NCBI GenBank assembly: GCA_964428425.1
Contig: CAYRYL010000010.1
Span: 31,346 to 55,345 of the forward strand
Direction: 5' to 3'
Length of the DNA: 24,000 nucleotides
From: an uncultured Anaerolineaceae bacterium
GTDB taxonomy: Bacteria > Chloroflexota > Anaerolineae > Anaerolineales > Anaerolineaceae
Below are positions 8,563 through 17,569 of this stretch, piece after piece. Every line of letters begins with the position of its first letter. Position 1 is the first letter of the stretch. A program made the translations under genes and the position numbers. The notes under the pieces were generated by a model. The model was not told the origin of the DNA. It did no database searches and was given only the letters and a program-made list of their open reading frames with translations.

Positions 8563-9636
8563 CTACGCGCCGGTGACCTTCTCCCCATTCGTTTCCGGGA
8601 ACCAGTGCTTGGTACTGTTAATATAGCGGGTCAACATCAGCATTACGGGAACCTCGGTGAGCACACCCACCGTGCATACCAGCACGACCGGTGAATCCGG
8701 ACCGAAGAGCGTGATAGCGACCGCCACTGCCAGCTCGAAGAAATCCGATGCGGCGATCAGGGAGGCAGGTGCGGCGATGTTGTGCGGCAGCTTGGCGGCG
8801 CGGCATACCTGGTAAGAAAAAGCAGCGGAGATGATGTTCTGCAACACCAGCGGCACTGCAATCAGCAGCACATTAAAGGGGTTCTTCAGGATGACCCCGC
8901 CCTGGAAGGTGAAAATGATAATCAGGGTCAGAAGCAGACCAACCGTGGTGATGCTGTCGAACTTGGGCACGAACTTCTCGTTGAAAAATTCCAATCCCTT
9001 CCGCTTGATCAAAACCGCCCGGGTAATTGCCCCAGCGCTCAGCGGAATGACCACGAACAGGATGATGGAAAAGATCAGGGTGTCCCAAGGGATCTGGACC
9101 TTGTTGATGCCCAACAAAAAGGTGACCCACGGCACAAATAGGATAATGATCAGCAGGTCATTGACCGATACCTGCACCAGGGTGTGGGCAGGATCGCCCT
9201 TGGTGAGGTTGCTCCAAACGAACACCATCGCGGTGCATGGTGCCACACCCAGCAAAACTGCCCCCGTCACATAATCCCGTGCCAATTCAGTGGGGATGAA
9301 AGCTTTGAAGATGACATAAAAGAAAAGGGAAGCCAGCCCGAACATCAGCAAGGGCTTGATCAACCAGCTGCTTCCGGTTGAGATCACCAGACCAAGTGGA
9401 TTTTTTCGAACGTTCTTAATCGACTGAAAGTCAATTTTCATCATCATCGGGTAGATCATGATCCAGATCAGGATGGCAATGGGAATGTTTTGGTTCGCGT
9501 ATTGGATCTTACCGAGGAAATTCGGGATCCCGGGCAGGTACTTGCCGATCAGGATGCCGGCTGCCATACAAAGCAGCACCCAGACGGTTAAGTACTTTTC
9601 AAAAAAGCCGATACCAGCAGATTTTTCCTGTGCCAT
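8563..9636 (-). CDS. acr3: Arsenite efflux transporter, ACR3 family
   Basis: MAQEKSAGIGFFEKYLTVWVLLCMAAGILIGKYLP...PIAILIWIMIYPMMMKIDF...GVAPCTAMVFVWSNLTKGDPAHTLVQVSVND is typical of Acr3/ArsB. Confidence 0.93.
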   Translation of the reverse strand: MAQEKSAGIGFFEKYLTVWVLLCMAAGILIGKYLPGIPNFLGKIQYANQNIPIAILIWIMIYPMMMKIDFQSIKNVRKNPLGLVISTGSSWLIKPLLMFGLASLFFYVIFKAFIPTELARDYVTGAVLLGVAPCTAMVFVWSNLTKGDPAHTLVQVSVNDLLIIILFVPWVTFLLGINKVQIPWDTLIFSIILFVVIPLSAGAITRAVLIKRKGLEFFNEKFVPKFDSITTVGLLLTLIIIFTFQGGVILKNPFNVLLIAVPLVLQNIISAAFSYQVCRAAKLPHNIAAPASLIAASDFFELAVAVAITLFGPDSPVVLVCTVGVLTEVPVMLMLTRYINSTKHWFPETNGEKVTGA

Positions 9637-9639
9637 AAG

Positions 9640-9975
9640 TTAGCCTCTGATCTTTTTTAGAATTGCAACAACTTCTTCAATCTTGAGCACTTTACCATAA
9701 GAAACGACCTTGCTATCCACCACCAGTGCTGGCGTGGACATGACCCCGTAGGATGCGATCTGAGCAAAATCCCTGACGTGGTCGATGGTGGTATCCATTC
9801 CCAACTGCTCCAGGGCAGCTACTGTTGCAGCTTCGAGCTGGTTACACTTGGCACAGCCACTCCCCAACACCTTGACGCTCGCGCCTTCAGCCCTGGCGGC
9901 CTCGGCTTCCACGAAGCTAACTTCGTCGATCTTTCCGCAACACTCTTTTTTCTTTCTGAAATTTGACAGTACCAT
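9640..9975 (-). CDS. Small thioredoxin-like redox-active disulfide protein with N-terminal Cys-Cys extension
   Basis: VKVLGSGCAKCNQLEAATVAALEQLGMDTTIDHVRDFAQIASYGVMSTPALVVDSKVVSYGKVLK; start set at MVLSNF after GGAAGG. Confidence 0.85.
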   Translation of the reverse strand: MVLSNFRKKKECCGKIDEVSFVEAEAARAEGASVKVLGSGCAKCNQLEAATVAALEQLGMDTTIDHVRDFAQIASYGVMSTPALVVDSKVVSYGKVLKIEEVVAILKKIRG

Positions 9976-10001
9976 GATACCTTCCTTTCGAATTAGAGAA
10001 T

Positions 10002-10478
10002 TCAACAACAACCGGATCGCTTATGCTTTCCTTTGTAGAAAACTTCAAGGTTTTCTGGCAATTTGTATTCACTGTCAGTGCAACAGCCTGCAGCAGGTGA
10101 CCAAAAAATACCCTTCAGGATCGCTTCAGCGAGCATCTCTTTAGGAGGAACTTCGTAAGTCTGCCCCTCATACACAAACACACGGCAATCCACAACGGAG
10201 CCACTGATGTCGCTGCAGCAGTCGCAGGGGTTTTCCTGCACCTTAAAACAAACATCCCGCCTATTCACACGGACAGTAGGCGATGATTCGAACATATACT
10301 TCCGCGCGAGTTCTGGGGTCTCCATTTTAATTTTGCGGTAGTCCAGGGCGTATCCGGCAAGGGTCAACGCAGGGTAGAGCCCGGTAAGAACCTCCTCAAG
10401 CACCTGCTCGGTGCCGATGCAGCGATTGCAGACCTGCAGATCCAGGTAAAGGTACTCCACCAAAACAGTTTTGAGCAT
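10002..10478 (-). CDS. DUF2703-like cysteine-rich protein in arsenic operon
   Basis: MLKTVLVEYLYLDLQVCNRCIGTEQVLEEVL...SPTVRVNRRDVCFKVQENPCDCCSDISG. The track ORF starts at 10535; the start is shifted to the MLKTV methionine. Confidence 0.7.
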   Translation of the reverse strand: MLKTVLVEYLYLDLQVCNRCIGTEQVLEEVLTGLYPALTLAGYALDYRKIKMETPELARKYMFESSPTVRVNRRDVCFKVQENPCDCCSDISGSVVDCRVFVYEGQTYEVPPKEMLAEAILKGIFWSPAAGCCTDSEYKLPENLEVFYKGKHKRSGCC

Positions 10479-10546
10479 TCGAATCTCAGAGTTTTCAGGG
10501 CGATAATGCTTTACGGGACTCAGATCAAGCGGCATGAGACCTCTGC

Positions 10547-11554
10547 TTATATGAATGCTTGCAGTGCGTTGAACAAATAGCCAACCAGAATGATACCAAT
10601 GACGCAGATAACAACAAACATCGCCAGTAGTTTGGGTTTAATTGCTTTTCGAAGCAACACAAGGGAGGGTGGCGAGAGAGTGGTAACCGACATCATGAAG
10701 GAAAGGACGGTGCCAAGTTGCGCCCCCTTGGAGAGCAGCGCTTCAGCGATCGGGATAGTACCGAAGATGTCGGCATAAAAGGGCAGACCCAAAATCGTAG
10801 CCAGGATGACTCCAAACGGATTGTTGCGACCAAGAAGCGAAACCACCCATTCGGTGGGAATCCAGTTGTGGATGAACGCGCCAATTGCGACACCGATTAA
10901 AATATAGGGAAATACTTTCTTAAAGGTAGAAACCATTTGTTCTTTGGCGTAGATCAAGCGGTCTCGCATGGTCAGGTCAGGGGAGTCGATATCCACGCTG
11001 CCCGCCCGCAGGACAAAGCTCTCGATGTAGGGCTCCATGTGCAGTTTCTCGATCAGCGAACCCCCCAAAATGGCAACAACTAGCCCAAGAATCACATAGA
11101 GCACGGCGATCTTAACGCCAAAGATACTGGTCAGCAGCACTAACGAACCCAAATCGACCATGGGAGATGAAATGAGGAAAGAGAATGTAACCCCCAATGG
11201 CAAACCCGCGGAAGTGAAACCAATAAAAATGGGCACCGACGAACAGGAGCAGAAGGGCGTAACCGTGCCGAGCAAGGCGGCAATCGTGTTCGCACCTAAA
11301 CCGTGAAACTTGCTGAGGATCTTTTTGCTGCGTTCAGGTGGAAAATAACTTTGGATGTAACTGATAAAAAAGATGAGTACGCACAACAAAACGGTGATCT
11401 TGACGACATCGTAGAGGAAGAATTGCAGGCTACTGATCCAACGGTTGGTGGTGTCAAGCCCCAAAGTAACCAGGAGGCTGCGAACAAGGTCATTCAACCA
11501 TTGCATTCCAAGGATTTGTATTTGAATAAAATCCCAAATAGACGTTGTTTGCAT
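10547..11554 (-). CDS. COG0701 (DUF318) permease, ArsP-like
   Basis: 335 aa, multi-TM; GTVTPFCSCSSVPIFIGFTSAGLPLGVTFSFLISSPMVDLGS is the conserved family signature; next to arsR. Confidence 0.88.
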   Translation of the reverse strand: MQTTSIWDFIQIQILGMQWLNDLVRSLLVTLGLDTTNRWISSLQFFLYDVVKITVLLCVLIFFISYIQSYFPPERSKKILSKFHGLGANTIAALLGTVTPFCSCSSVPIFIGFTSAGLPLGVTFSFLISSPMVDLGSLVLLTSIFGVKIAVLYVILGLVVAILGGSLIEKLHMEPYIESFVLRAGSVDIDSPDLTMRDRLIYAKEQMVSTFKKVFPYILIGVAIGAFIHNWIPTEWVVSLLGRNNPFGVILATILGLPFYADIFGTIPIAEALLSKGAQLGTVLSFMMSVTTLSPPSLVLLRKAIKPKLLAMFVVICVIGIILVGYLFNALQAFI

Positions 11555-11557
11555 GGA

Positions 11558-11902
11558 TTACGCTTTCTGGAGATTGGTGGGATAAAGTTCGGTATTGCAG
11601 CAGTCGCAGTTTTCCACATTTTCTGGGAGAGCTGTCAATTGTTGTACAAGTTCAACAGCAGCAGGAGCACCTTCAGGGCAGATGCGGTAATAGGTCCATT
11701 TGCCTTCTTGCCGGCTGGTGACGATGCCGGAGTCAAGCAGGACTTTCATGTGGTAAGAAAGCCCTGACTGCCCACAATCGAGATTCTCCAGTAATTTGCA
11801 GGCACATTTCTCACCGCCACGCAGCATTTCAAGCACCTTCAAGCGAGTCTCATCGCAAAATGCTTTGAGTACTCGTACTTGGCTTTGAAAATCGCTGTTC
11901 AT
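11558..11902 (-). CDS. arsR: ArsR-family metalloregulatory transcriptional repressor
   Basis: Winged-helix: LKAFCDETRLKVLEMLRGGEKCACKLLENLDCGQSGLSYHMKVLLDSGIVTSRQEGKWTYYRI. Confidence 0.92.
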   Translation of the reverse strand: MNSDFQSQVRVLKAFCDETRLKVLEMLRGGEKCACKLLENLDCGQSGLSYHMKVLLDSGIVTSRQEGKWTYYRICPEGAPAAVELVQQLTALPENVENCDCCNTELYPTNLQKA

Positions 11903-11906
11903 TATC

Positions 11907-11955
11907 GCCTCACATTAAATATTTTTGATGTAAGAAAGTGTAAGCCTCACATTAA
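11907..11955 (-). promoter_or_regulatory. Direct repeat TTAATGTGAGGC x2, candidate operator sites
   Basis: Identical 12-mers at 11944..11955 (in the promoter spacer) and 11907..11918 (just upstream of the arsR start). Confidence 0.4.
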
Positions 11956-11965
11956 CTTTTGTCAA
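11937..11965 (-). promoter_or_regulatory. Sigma70-type promoter of the ars operon
   Basis: Minus strand TTGACA (11965..11960), 17-nt spacer, TACACT (11942..11937), upstream of the arsR ATG at 11902. Confidence 0.65.
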
Positions 11966-12101
11966 CCTCTTAAGGAGCAATTTCATTTTGAGGGCACAAA
12001 ACGCGCTACAAAGTTTGCTCTAATTCTTATTTTGGTTTATAATGCAGGTGGAGAAGTAAATAGAGAAATCCACCAGTCGCTCCGGAAGAGGTTAATTTAA
12101 A

Positions 12102-12533
12102 GTGCCCCGTTTCTGGCGAGTATTGTTGATATCTTTAGTCATTGTCCTCGTGCTTTACGGCATTTACTTCGCCCTGGGCAGACCAGTAATCCCCCTGCCA
12201 ACAATCCCCTATAAAGTTTCACCCAGCCAGCCGCTTCATGCCATTATCGCTACAGATGGAGCCGACGAGCTCTTGCTGACGCTCAAAACTTCTGGTGAAA
12301 TAGACCTCATTTCAGAAGACAAATCCGTGGTTTCGCTGGACTATACGCCGGAAACTTTTGATAACACTCTCGACCTGGGCGAGAGATTGCTCATAGCACA
12401 AAAAACCGTCCAAAGTAATGGGGATGCCCCCGAAAGTTCTCCTTTTTTGCGGAAGTTGATAAACTGGGCCATTTCCTATTACTACCATATCATCCGTTTT
12501 CGCTTGTCCGTTTTACTAACAGCTTTACCTTAA
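12102..12533 (+). CDS. Uncharacterised protein with N-terminal membrane segment
   Basis: GTG start after GGAAGAG; MPRFWRVLLISLVIVLVLYGIYFALG hydrophobic N-terminus; no family recognised. Confidence 0.5.
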   Translation: MPRFWRVLLISLVIVLVLYGIYFALGRPVIPLPTIPYKVSPSQPLHAIIATDGADELLLTLKTSGEIDLISEDKSVVSLDYTPETFDNTLDLGERLLIAQKTVQSNGDAPESSPFLRKLINWAISYYYHIIRFRLSVLLTALP

Positions 12534-12577
12534 TAAACGCGCAGTAATCATAAAACAACAAAATAGAGGAAAAAAAC

Positions 12578-13399
12578 ATGAACAAAACACCTACTTTCAT
12601 TAAATTGCTTCTTGCAATCGTCCTGGTCCTCGGCATTGTGATGACGCAGCAACCCCCTATGGCAACTGCTGAGATCGCGAAGCAAGAAGGTCCAACCAAT
12701 ACGGTCCACATCGATGTCACCTTTGACCCCGGAACCAAGACCTACAGTTTGGGTGGTTTCTCAGCGGAGGAGTTGCGCCAGGTGGGTGCGCCTCAATTCA
12801 CAGATGAAATCTGGCAGGTTCTGGGCATGGTCAACAATGCCACCCTCAAAATCAAGGATGACATGATCGACGTCTTCACTGGTGATCAGCAGTTGCTTTC
12901 ACTCGCCTGGGATGGACCCTCACGTGAGATTCTCTATTCCCTCTTGGATGCCTACATCGAGCTTGGGAGAATTGATATCGAACGTGCCGAATCCTGGCTT
13001 GATAAAGCCGACATAGAGATCACCCTGCGGGAATCCAAGGAGCTCAGTAAGCCACTTGTGATCGCACTCGCAACCTTGGTGCAGGTGCAGGTGAAAGAAA
13101 ACGGCGAGTTGAGCGTGGAAGGTTTCCCAACCGGGATGTCGCTCACCCCTGAGACGCTGGCTATGATTAACACGGCTAGTGTTGAGAACCTCAAGCTATG
13201 TTGGAACAAAGGCGTGATCGATTTGCAGTTGAACGGTCAGGAACTCCCGCAGATAACCCTATACCAGGGTGGCTTGGGCGTGATTGACAAGGCATTCGGG
13301 CTCAACCTCGGCGACCTAACCCCGATCTTTGGATCAAGCTTAGGTGCTGGACTCGTCATTGGCGAAGCCGAACCGGTCACAGGTGAGTGCCTGCCGTAG
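12578..13399 (+). CDS. Uncharacterised secreted protein
   Basis: 273 aa; signal peptide MNKTPTFIKLLLAIVLVLGIVMTQQPPMATAEI; preceded by a GAGG purine run; followed by a terminator-like hairpin. Confidence 0.7.
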   Translation: MNKTPTFIKLLLAIVLVLGIVMTQQPPMATAEIAKQEGPTNTVHIDVTFDPGTKTYSLGGFSAEELRQVGAPQFTDEIWQVLGMVNNATLKIKDDMIDVFTGDQQLLSLAWDGPSREILYSLLDAYIELGRIDIERAESWLDKADIEITLRESKELSKPLVIALATLVQVQVKENGELSVEGFPTGMSLTPETLAMINTASVENLKLCWNKGVIDLQLNGQELPQITLYQGGLGVIDKAFGLNLGDLTPIFGSSLGAGLVIGEAEPVTGECLP

Positions 13400-13443
13400 A
13401 TTTTTACCTGGCTAAAAGAGAAGAAACCTTATTCAAATAGGGA

Positions 13444-13483
13444 GGGCTGCCCCTGCAATGTTGGGGACGGCCCTTCATGTTTT
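13444..13483 (+). terminator. Terminator-like hairpin after the secreted protein gene
   Basis: AGGGCTGCCCC-TGCAATGTT-GGGGACGGCCCT followed by a T-rich stretch TCATGTTTT. Confidence 0.5.
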
Positions 13484-13602
13484 AATATGTGCATAGACCC
13501 TCACAGTCTGCTTAGCACGTCTTCCGTCTTCTATACATTGTTCCCCTCAAAGCAGCAATTTAGCTTTACAATCTATCCATCAACCCTGCCAAAGGATGCC
13601 CC

Positions 13603-14919
13603 ATGCCCCAAACAAAACTCCACCACCACATCACTCCCGCCGAACAAGGACTTTACCTCTTACTTCCATTCGAGATGCCCGTTGAAACAGCTCAATTGGA
13701 CCTGCGTTATGCTTATCAGACACACACAAGTGAGCCTATCCCCGTATCTGATGGGCAATTTAGCAGGACCAGGCGTATTAACATTGTCGACATTGGCCTG
13801 ATCGCGCCGGATGGCTCACAGGTGGGGGCCAGCGGCTCAAGCCGCTCAGAAATCATGGTCTCTGAGGGTTCAGCAACCCCTGGCTACCAACCACACCCAT
13901 TGACTCCAGGCACCTGGCAGATCATTCTAGGCGCGTATGTGATCGCCCCAGAGGGGGTCGATGTAAGCATTACGCTTGAATTCACTCCAAAAGTTCAGCG
14001 TTGGCTTTGCGGCGACCTCCATGTGCACACCCTGTCTTCGGATGGCAGCCTGCCGCTGGAGCATCTTGCGCAGCACGCCCGCATCCACGGGTTGGACTTC
14101 ATCGCTATTACTGATCACAACCAGCCAGTTAAGCGCGCATCTTTTCCGAAAGTGGCGGGGCTGACGATCATCCCGGGTCAGGAATGGACGCACTACATGG
14201 GCCACAGCAACTTCCTGGGTCTCGAGCATCCTTACCAAGGCAGTTTTATTGCCAACAGCCCGGAGGAAGTTCAGGCAATTTTCCGGGAAGCCCATCAAAA
14301 CGGCGCACTGATCAGTATCAATCACCCTTACGAGGCGAATTTTGGTTTTCGGTATGATCTGGACTCTATCGATTACGACCTGCTTGAAGTGTGGAACGGA
14401 CCCATGCGACCCACCAACCTGGAAGCCATCGCCCGTTGGGATGGGATGCTCAAGGCAGGACGCAAACAAATTGCCACCTGCGGCAGCGATTATCACGAAG
14501 ATACTTTCTTCCAGCGCCTGGCAAGCCCCTGCATTTACGTTCTGGCTGATTCCAACAGCGATTCCGACATCCTGAAGGCTGTCAAGGCTGGCAGGAGTTA
14601 CTTCACCTTCAGCCCCACCAGGCTCCAGTTGCTGTTGGATGTGGATGGGCACACCTACGGTGCCAGCCTTGCCTGGCGGGATGGAATGCAAGCTACGCTC
14701 AAAGGATTGGCATTGGAAAAAGGGGATGTCATCCGACTCATCACCCAGGAGGGTGCTCAGGACATCTTCACGGCTCCTGAAAAAGGTGATTTCGAGACCT
14801 CCATTCCAGTAAAAGGTCCCGGCTACTGGCGTCTGGAGGTATGGCGCACCTTCTTCAGCTTCCTGCCGCCCATGCCCGCCCTGGTCACGAATCCGATCTG
14901 GTTTGACAGGATAAAGTAG
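13603..14919 (+). CDS. PHP-domain metallohydrolase (CehA/McbA-like)
   Basis: CGDLHVHTLSSDGSLPLEHLAQHARIHGLDFIAITDHNQ and GADYHED-like IATCGSDYHEDTFF metal-ligand motifs. Confidence 0.85.
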   Translation: MPQTKLHHHITPAEQGLYLLLPFEMPVETAQLDLRYAYQTHTSEPIPVSDGQFSRTRRINIVDIGLIAPDGSQVGASGSSRSEIMVSEGSATPGYQPHPLTPGTWQIILGAYVIAPEGVDVSITLEFTPKVQRWLCGDLHVHTLSSDGSLPLEHLAQHARIHGLDFIAITDHNQPVKRASFPKVAGLTIIPGQEWTHYMGHSNFLGLEHPYQGSFIANSPEEVQAIFREAHQNGALISINHPYEANFGFRYDLDSIDYDLLEVWNGPMRPTNLEAIARWDGMLKAGRKQIATCGSDYHEDTFFQRLASPCIYVLADSNSDSDILKAVKAGRSYFTFSPTRLQLLLDVDGHTYGASLAWRDGMQATLKGLALEKGDVIRLITQEGAQDIFTAPEKGDFETSIPVKGPGYWRLEVWRTFFSFLPPMPALVTNPIWFDRIK

Positions 14920-14924
14920 CAAAA

Positions 14925-14944
14925 AGCCCGGGGTTCCCCGGGCT
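14925..14944. terminator. Terminator between convergent genes
   Basis: Perfect AGCCCGGGG-TT-CCCCGGGCT stem with an A5 tract on its left side (T-tract for minus-strand transcription). Confidence 0.75.
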
Positions 14945-14961
14945 CTCATCGTCATAATTGT

Positions 14962-16011
14962 CTAGTTTTTAGTCCTCAGCATCGATAATAGTCGCTGCCA
15001 ACCTTGTTTAGTGCTAAACTGCCGCAATCGCAATGTGCCCACGATTCCATAAGGCACAAAAATCACGAAGACAACATAGATAGCGCCGGTGATCAGGCTC
15101 GCGGACTCGCCGATAAAACGCCGCAGGGTGAAATCCAGCAGACGAAGGGCAAACGCGCCTACTATCGCGCCGCTGAGAGTTCCAACGCCTCCAATCAGCA
15201 CGATCAGCAGGGCGGTCACGGTGTACCCCAAATCTGCCACCGCTGGACTGATGATGGGCTGGTATAGCGCGTGCAACAAGCCGGCGGTAGAGGCTGTCAG
15301 CGAAGAGATGACCATTGCCACAATCTTGAAAGTGGTAGTGTTGTAGCCAAGCATCTTCGCGCGCCCTTCGTTTTCACGAATGGCGACACAAACCCGACCG
15401 GTCGGGGAGGCAACAAACCGACGGTAGAAAAGATAAGTCGCGACCAGCAGCGTCAGCGCGATTGCGTAGAAACGAAGCCGTTCCGAAACCGGGCTTATAA
15501 ACGCTGGCACAGGTACGCCCTGCAAGCCGACATCCGCTCCTGTAAGGTTGATCATGTCACTGGACATGACAATGATATGGAAGACTGAAGCTAATCCCAG
15601 GCTCACCAGGGTGAAGGTGATGCCCTTTACCCGCGGTAAGACCAGGCTGAAAAGCAGCGCTTGCACGACAGCCGCCAACAGAACCAGCAAGATAACAGCC
15701 CAAAACGGCATTGCTAACACCTTGAGGGAGATGCCGGTTAAATAGGCTGCCACAGCGAAGAACATGGCATGTCCAAAAGACAGCAGCCCGGTGATGCCGA
15801 ACAGAAGGTCAAAACTGAGTGCAAAGAGAGCCAGGATAAAAATTTCAATGCCAAGACCCTCGAGAAATTTGGACATACTGCCCTGGTTGTTCCAGATCAT
15901 GTCTGGTGTTGAACCTTCAAGCAGTCCAATCAATAGAGGTGCAAGCAGCATAACAACGAAAAAGATCAAGATGCCGCGGTTGTTCGTGAGAAAATTTGTG
16001 TTGTTCTTCAT
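14962..16011 (-). CDS. livM: Branched-chain amino acid-type ABC transporter permease (LivM family)
   Basis: ALSFDLLFGITGLLSFGHAMFFAVAAYL...LYQPIISPAVADLGYTVTALLIVLIGGVGTLSGAIVGAF. Confidence 0.9.
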   Translation of the reverse strand: MKNNTNFLTNNRGILIFFVVMLLAPLLIGLLEGSTPDMIWNNQGSMSKFLEGLGIEIFILALFALSFDLLFGITGLLSFGHAMFFAVAAYLTGISLKVLAMPFWAVILLVLLAAVVQALLFSLVLPRVKGITFTLVSLGLASVFHIIVMSSDMINLTGADVGLQGVPVPAFISPVSERLRFYAIALTLLVATYLFYRRFVASPTGRVCVAIRENEGRAKMLGYNTTTFKIVAMVISSLTASTAGLLHALYQPIISPAVADLGYTVTALLIVLIGGVGTLSGAIVGAFALRLLDFTLRRFIGESASLITGAIYVVFVIFVPYGIVGTLRLRQFSTKQGWQRLLSMLRTKN

Positions 16012-16013
16012 GT

Positions 16014-17561
16014 CTATTCCTTCGTTCCCAACAAGCCGCCTGGCAGGATCAGTAAAACAACCACCATCAGCAACACCGTGGAAGCGGGCACAAGCGGCGG
16101 GGAAGGTTTAAACACGGCATCTGTAAATGGCAGGGGAATGCCGATTTGACCGTATTTGATCATGAACTGTTGGATCAGTCCCACAAGAAGCGAGCCTAAT
16201 GCCGCACCCGGGAAACTAGTCAGACCGCCAATCGCGAGGGCGATCAATGCACTCAAGAGTAATCTCTCTCCCATGGTGGGGGAAAGACCGGAAGATGGCG
16301 CTGCCAATGCGCCACCAAAAGCCGCCAATCCCACACCCAACGCGAATACCAGTGTGAACACCCTTCTTACATTGATGCCAAGCGCTTCAACCATCTGGCG
16401 GTCCTGCACACCAGCACGTATGATCATTCCAATCCGCGACCGTTTGAGCAGGATCCATACCAAAATCAGCACGATGATGCCAACGATAGGAATAAAGATT
16501 TCATCATAGACCCTGACCCGACCACCCAATAGCAACACAGTAGAGCAGTGGTTATCAAACAGGTCAGCCAGGTTTGTGGCCGGGCACGCCCCGCCGGTCC
16601 CAGTAAAGAACTCTGGTTTGGGCCAGACAAATTCTGGTCTGCCCCAAACGGCTTGCACAATCTGCAGACCAATGGTCCCTAAACCTAGCGTGAGCATAAG
16701 TTGGTAAATGGGACGGTTATAGAGCGGGCGGATGAGCGTGGTCTCCATTAGTGCGCCCAACCCCACACCACTCATAATGGCAACGATGATAGCAATGACG
16801 AAGAGCAGGTTGGTGCTGATTCCGAACATCCAGCCAGTGATTTGTACATTAAACACGACCACCAGGATGCCAACAAGCAGCAATAAGCCAGGCGCAAGGT
16901 ACTTGCGCCAGGTCAGCGTTTGTGATTTATTCTCATCACGGTTAAGCAGGGCAAGACCAAAAGCCGAAATCGCGCTGGCAGCTAAGAGCCCTGCAATCCC
17001 CAGGAAAGGAGAGATCTCCGTAAAACTTGCCTCGGGAGGAATGATCCGCAATCCCTGATCAGCCATATACGAGTAGGAAATTGGACTCTCAGCATAGTTG
17101 TTCAGGTCCCAACTTGCAATGGGATATCGTGTCAGTGTTAATGCAAGCAGCCCAAAACCCGCCAGGACCAAGACCCAGGCAACTAATTTTCGGGCTTTTG
17201 GCGCCAGGTGAATCAAACCAGCCAGGCGTCCCCAAAGAGCAGACAAAGAAAACCCAGCGAGGATCAACAGAACCGGGGTCAGCACATCTACAAAAGTATC
17301 AGGGCGCACATACACAGTCCATCCCACATAGGCGCCAATCATATAGAGAGTACCTTGGGCAAGGTTGAGCACATCCAGCAAGCCAAATATCAGAGAGAAG
17401 CCGGCAGCCACCAAAAAAGTAACCGAGCCGACGGAGAACCCGCGCAAGACGGTAATGAGTACATCCTTGCCAGACATCCCCTGGGCAGCCACAATCAGGA
17501 AACCCGCAATAATGACAAGAATAATGATTGCTTTGGAGTTTTTTCGTAAATTCGTTTTCAT
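16014..17561 (-). CDS. livH: Branched-chain amino acid-type ABC transporter permease (LivH family), enlarged
   Basis: AAGFSLIFGLLDVLNLAQGTLYMIGAY at the N-terminus and LMETTLIRPLYNRPIYQLMLTLGLG...ALIALAIGGLTSFPGAALGSLLVG at the C-terminus; 515 aa. Confidence 0.9.
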   Translation of the reverse strand: MKTNLRKNSKAIIILVIIAGFLIVAAQGMSGKDVLITVLRGFSVGSVTFLVAAGFSLIFGLLDVLNLAQGTLYMIGAYVGWTVYVRPDTFVDVLTPVLLILAGFSLSALWGRLAGLIHLAPKARKLVAWVLVLAGFGLLALTLTRYPIASWDLNNYAESPISYSYMADQGLRIIPPEASFTEISPFLGIAGLLAASAISAFGLALLNRDENKSQTLTWRKYLAPGLLLLVGILVVVFNVQITGWMFGISTNLLFVIAIIVAIMSGVGLGALMETTLIRPLYNRPIYQLMLTLGLGTIGLQIVQAVWGRPEFVWPKPEFFTGTGGACPATNLADLFDNHCSTVLLLGGRVRVYDEIFIPIVGIIVLILVWILLKRSRIGMIIRAGVQDRQMVEALGINVRRVFTLVFALGVGLAAFGGALAAPSSGLSPTMGERLLLSALIALAIGGLTSFPGAALGSLLVGLIQQFMIKYGQIGIPLPFTDAVFKPSPPLVPASTVLLMVVVLLILPGGLLGTKE

Positions 17562-17569
17562 AGTCAGAC

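Noticed and set aside
13927-14955. 342-aa minus-strand ORF
   Set aside because: It lies antisense over the PHP-domain metallohydrolase. The sense frame has clear metal-binding motifs and the antisense product has no recognisable domain, so it is a shadow ORF.
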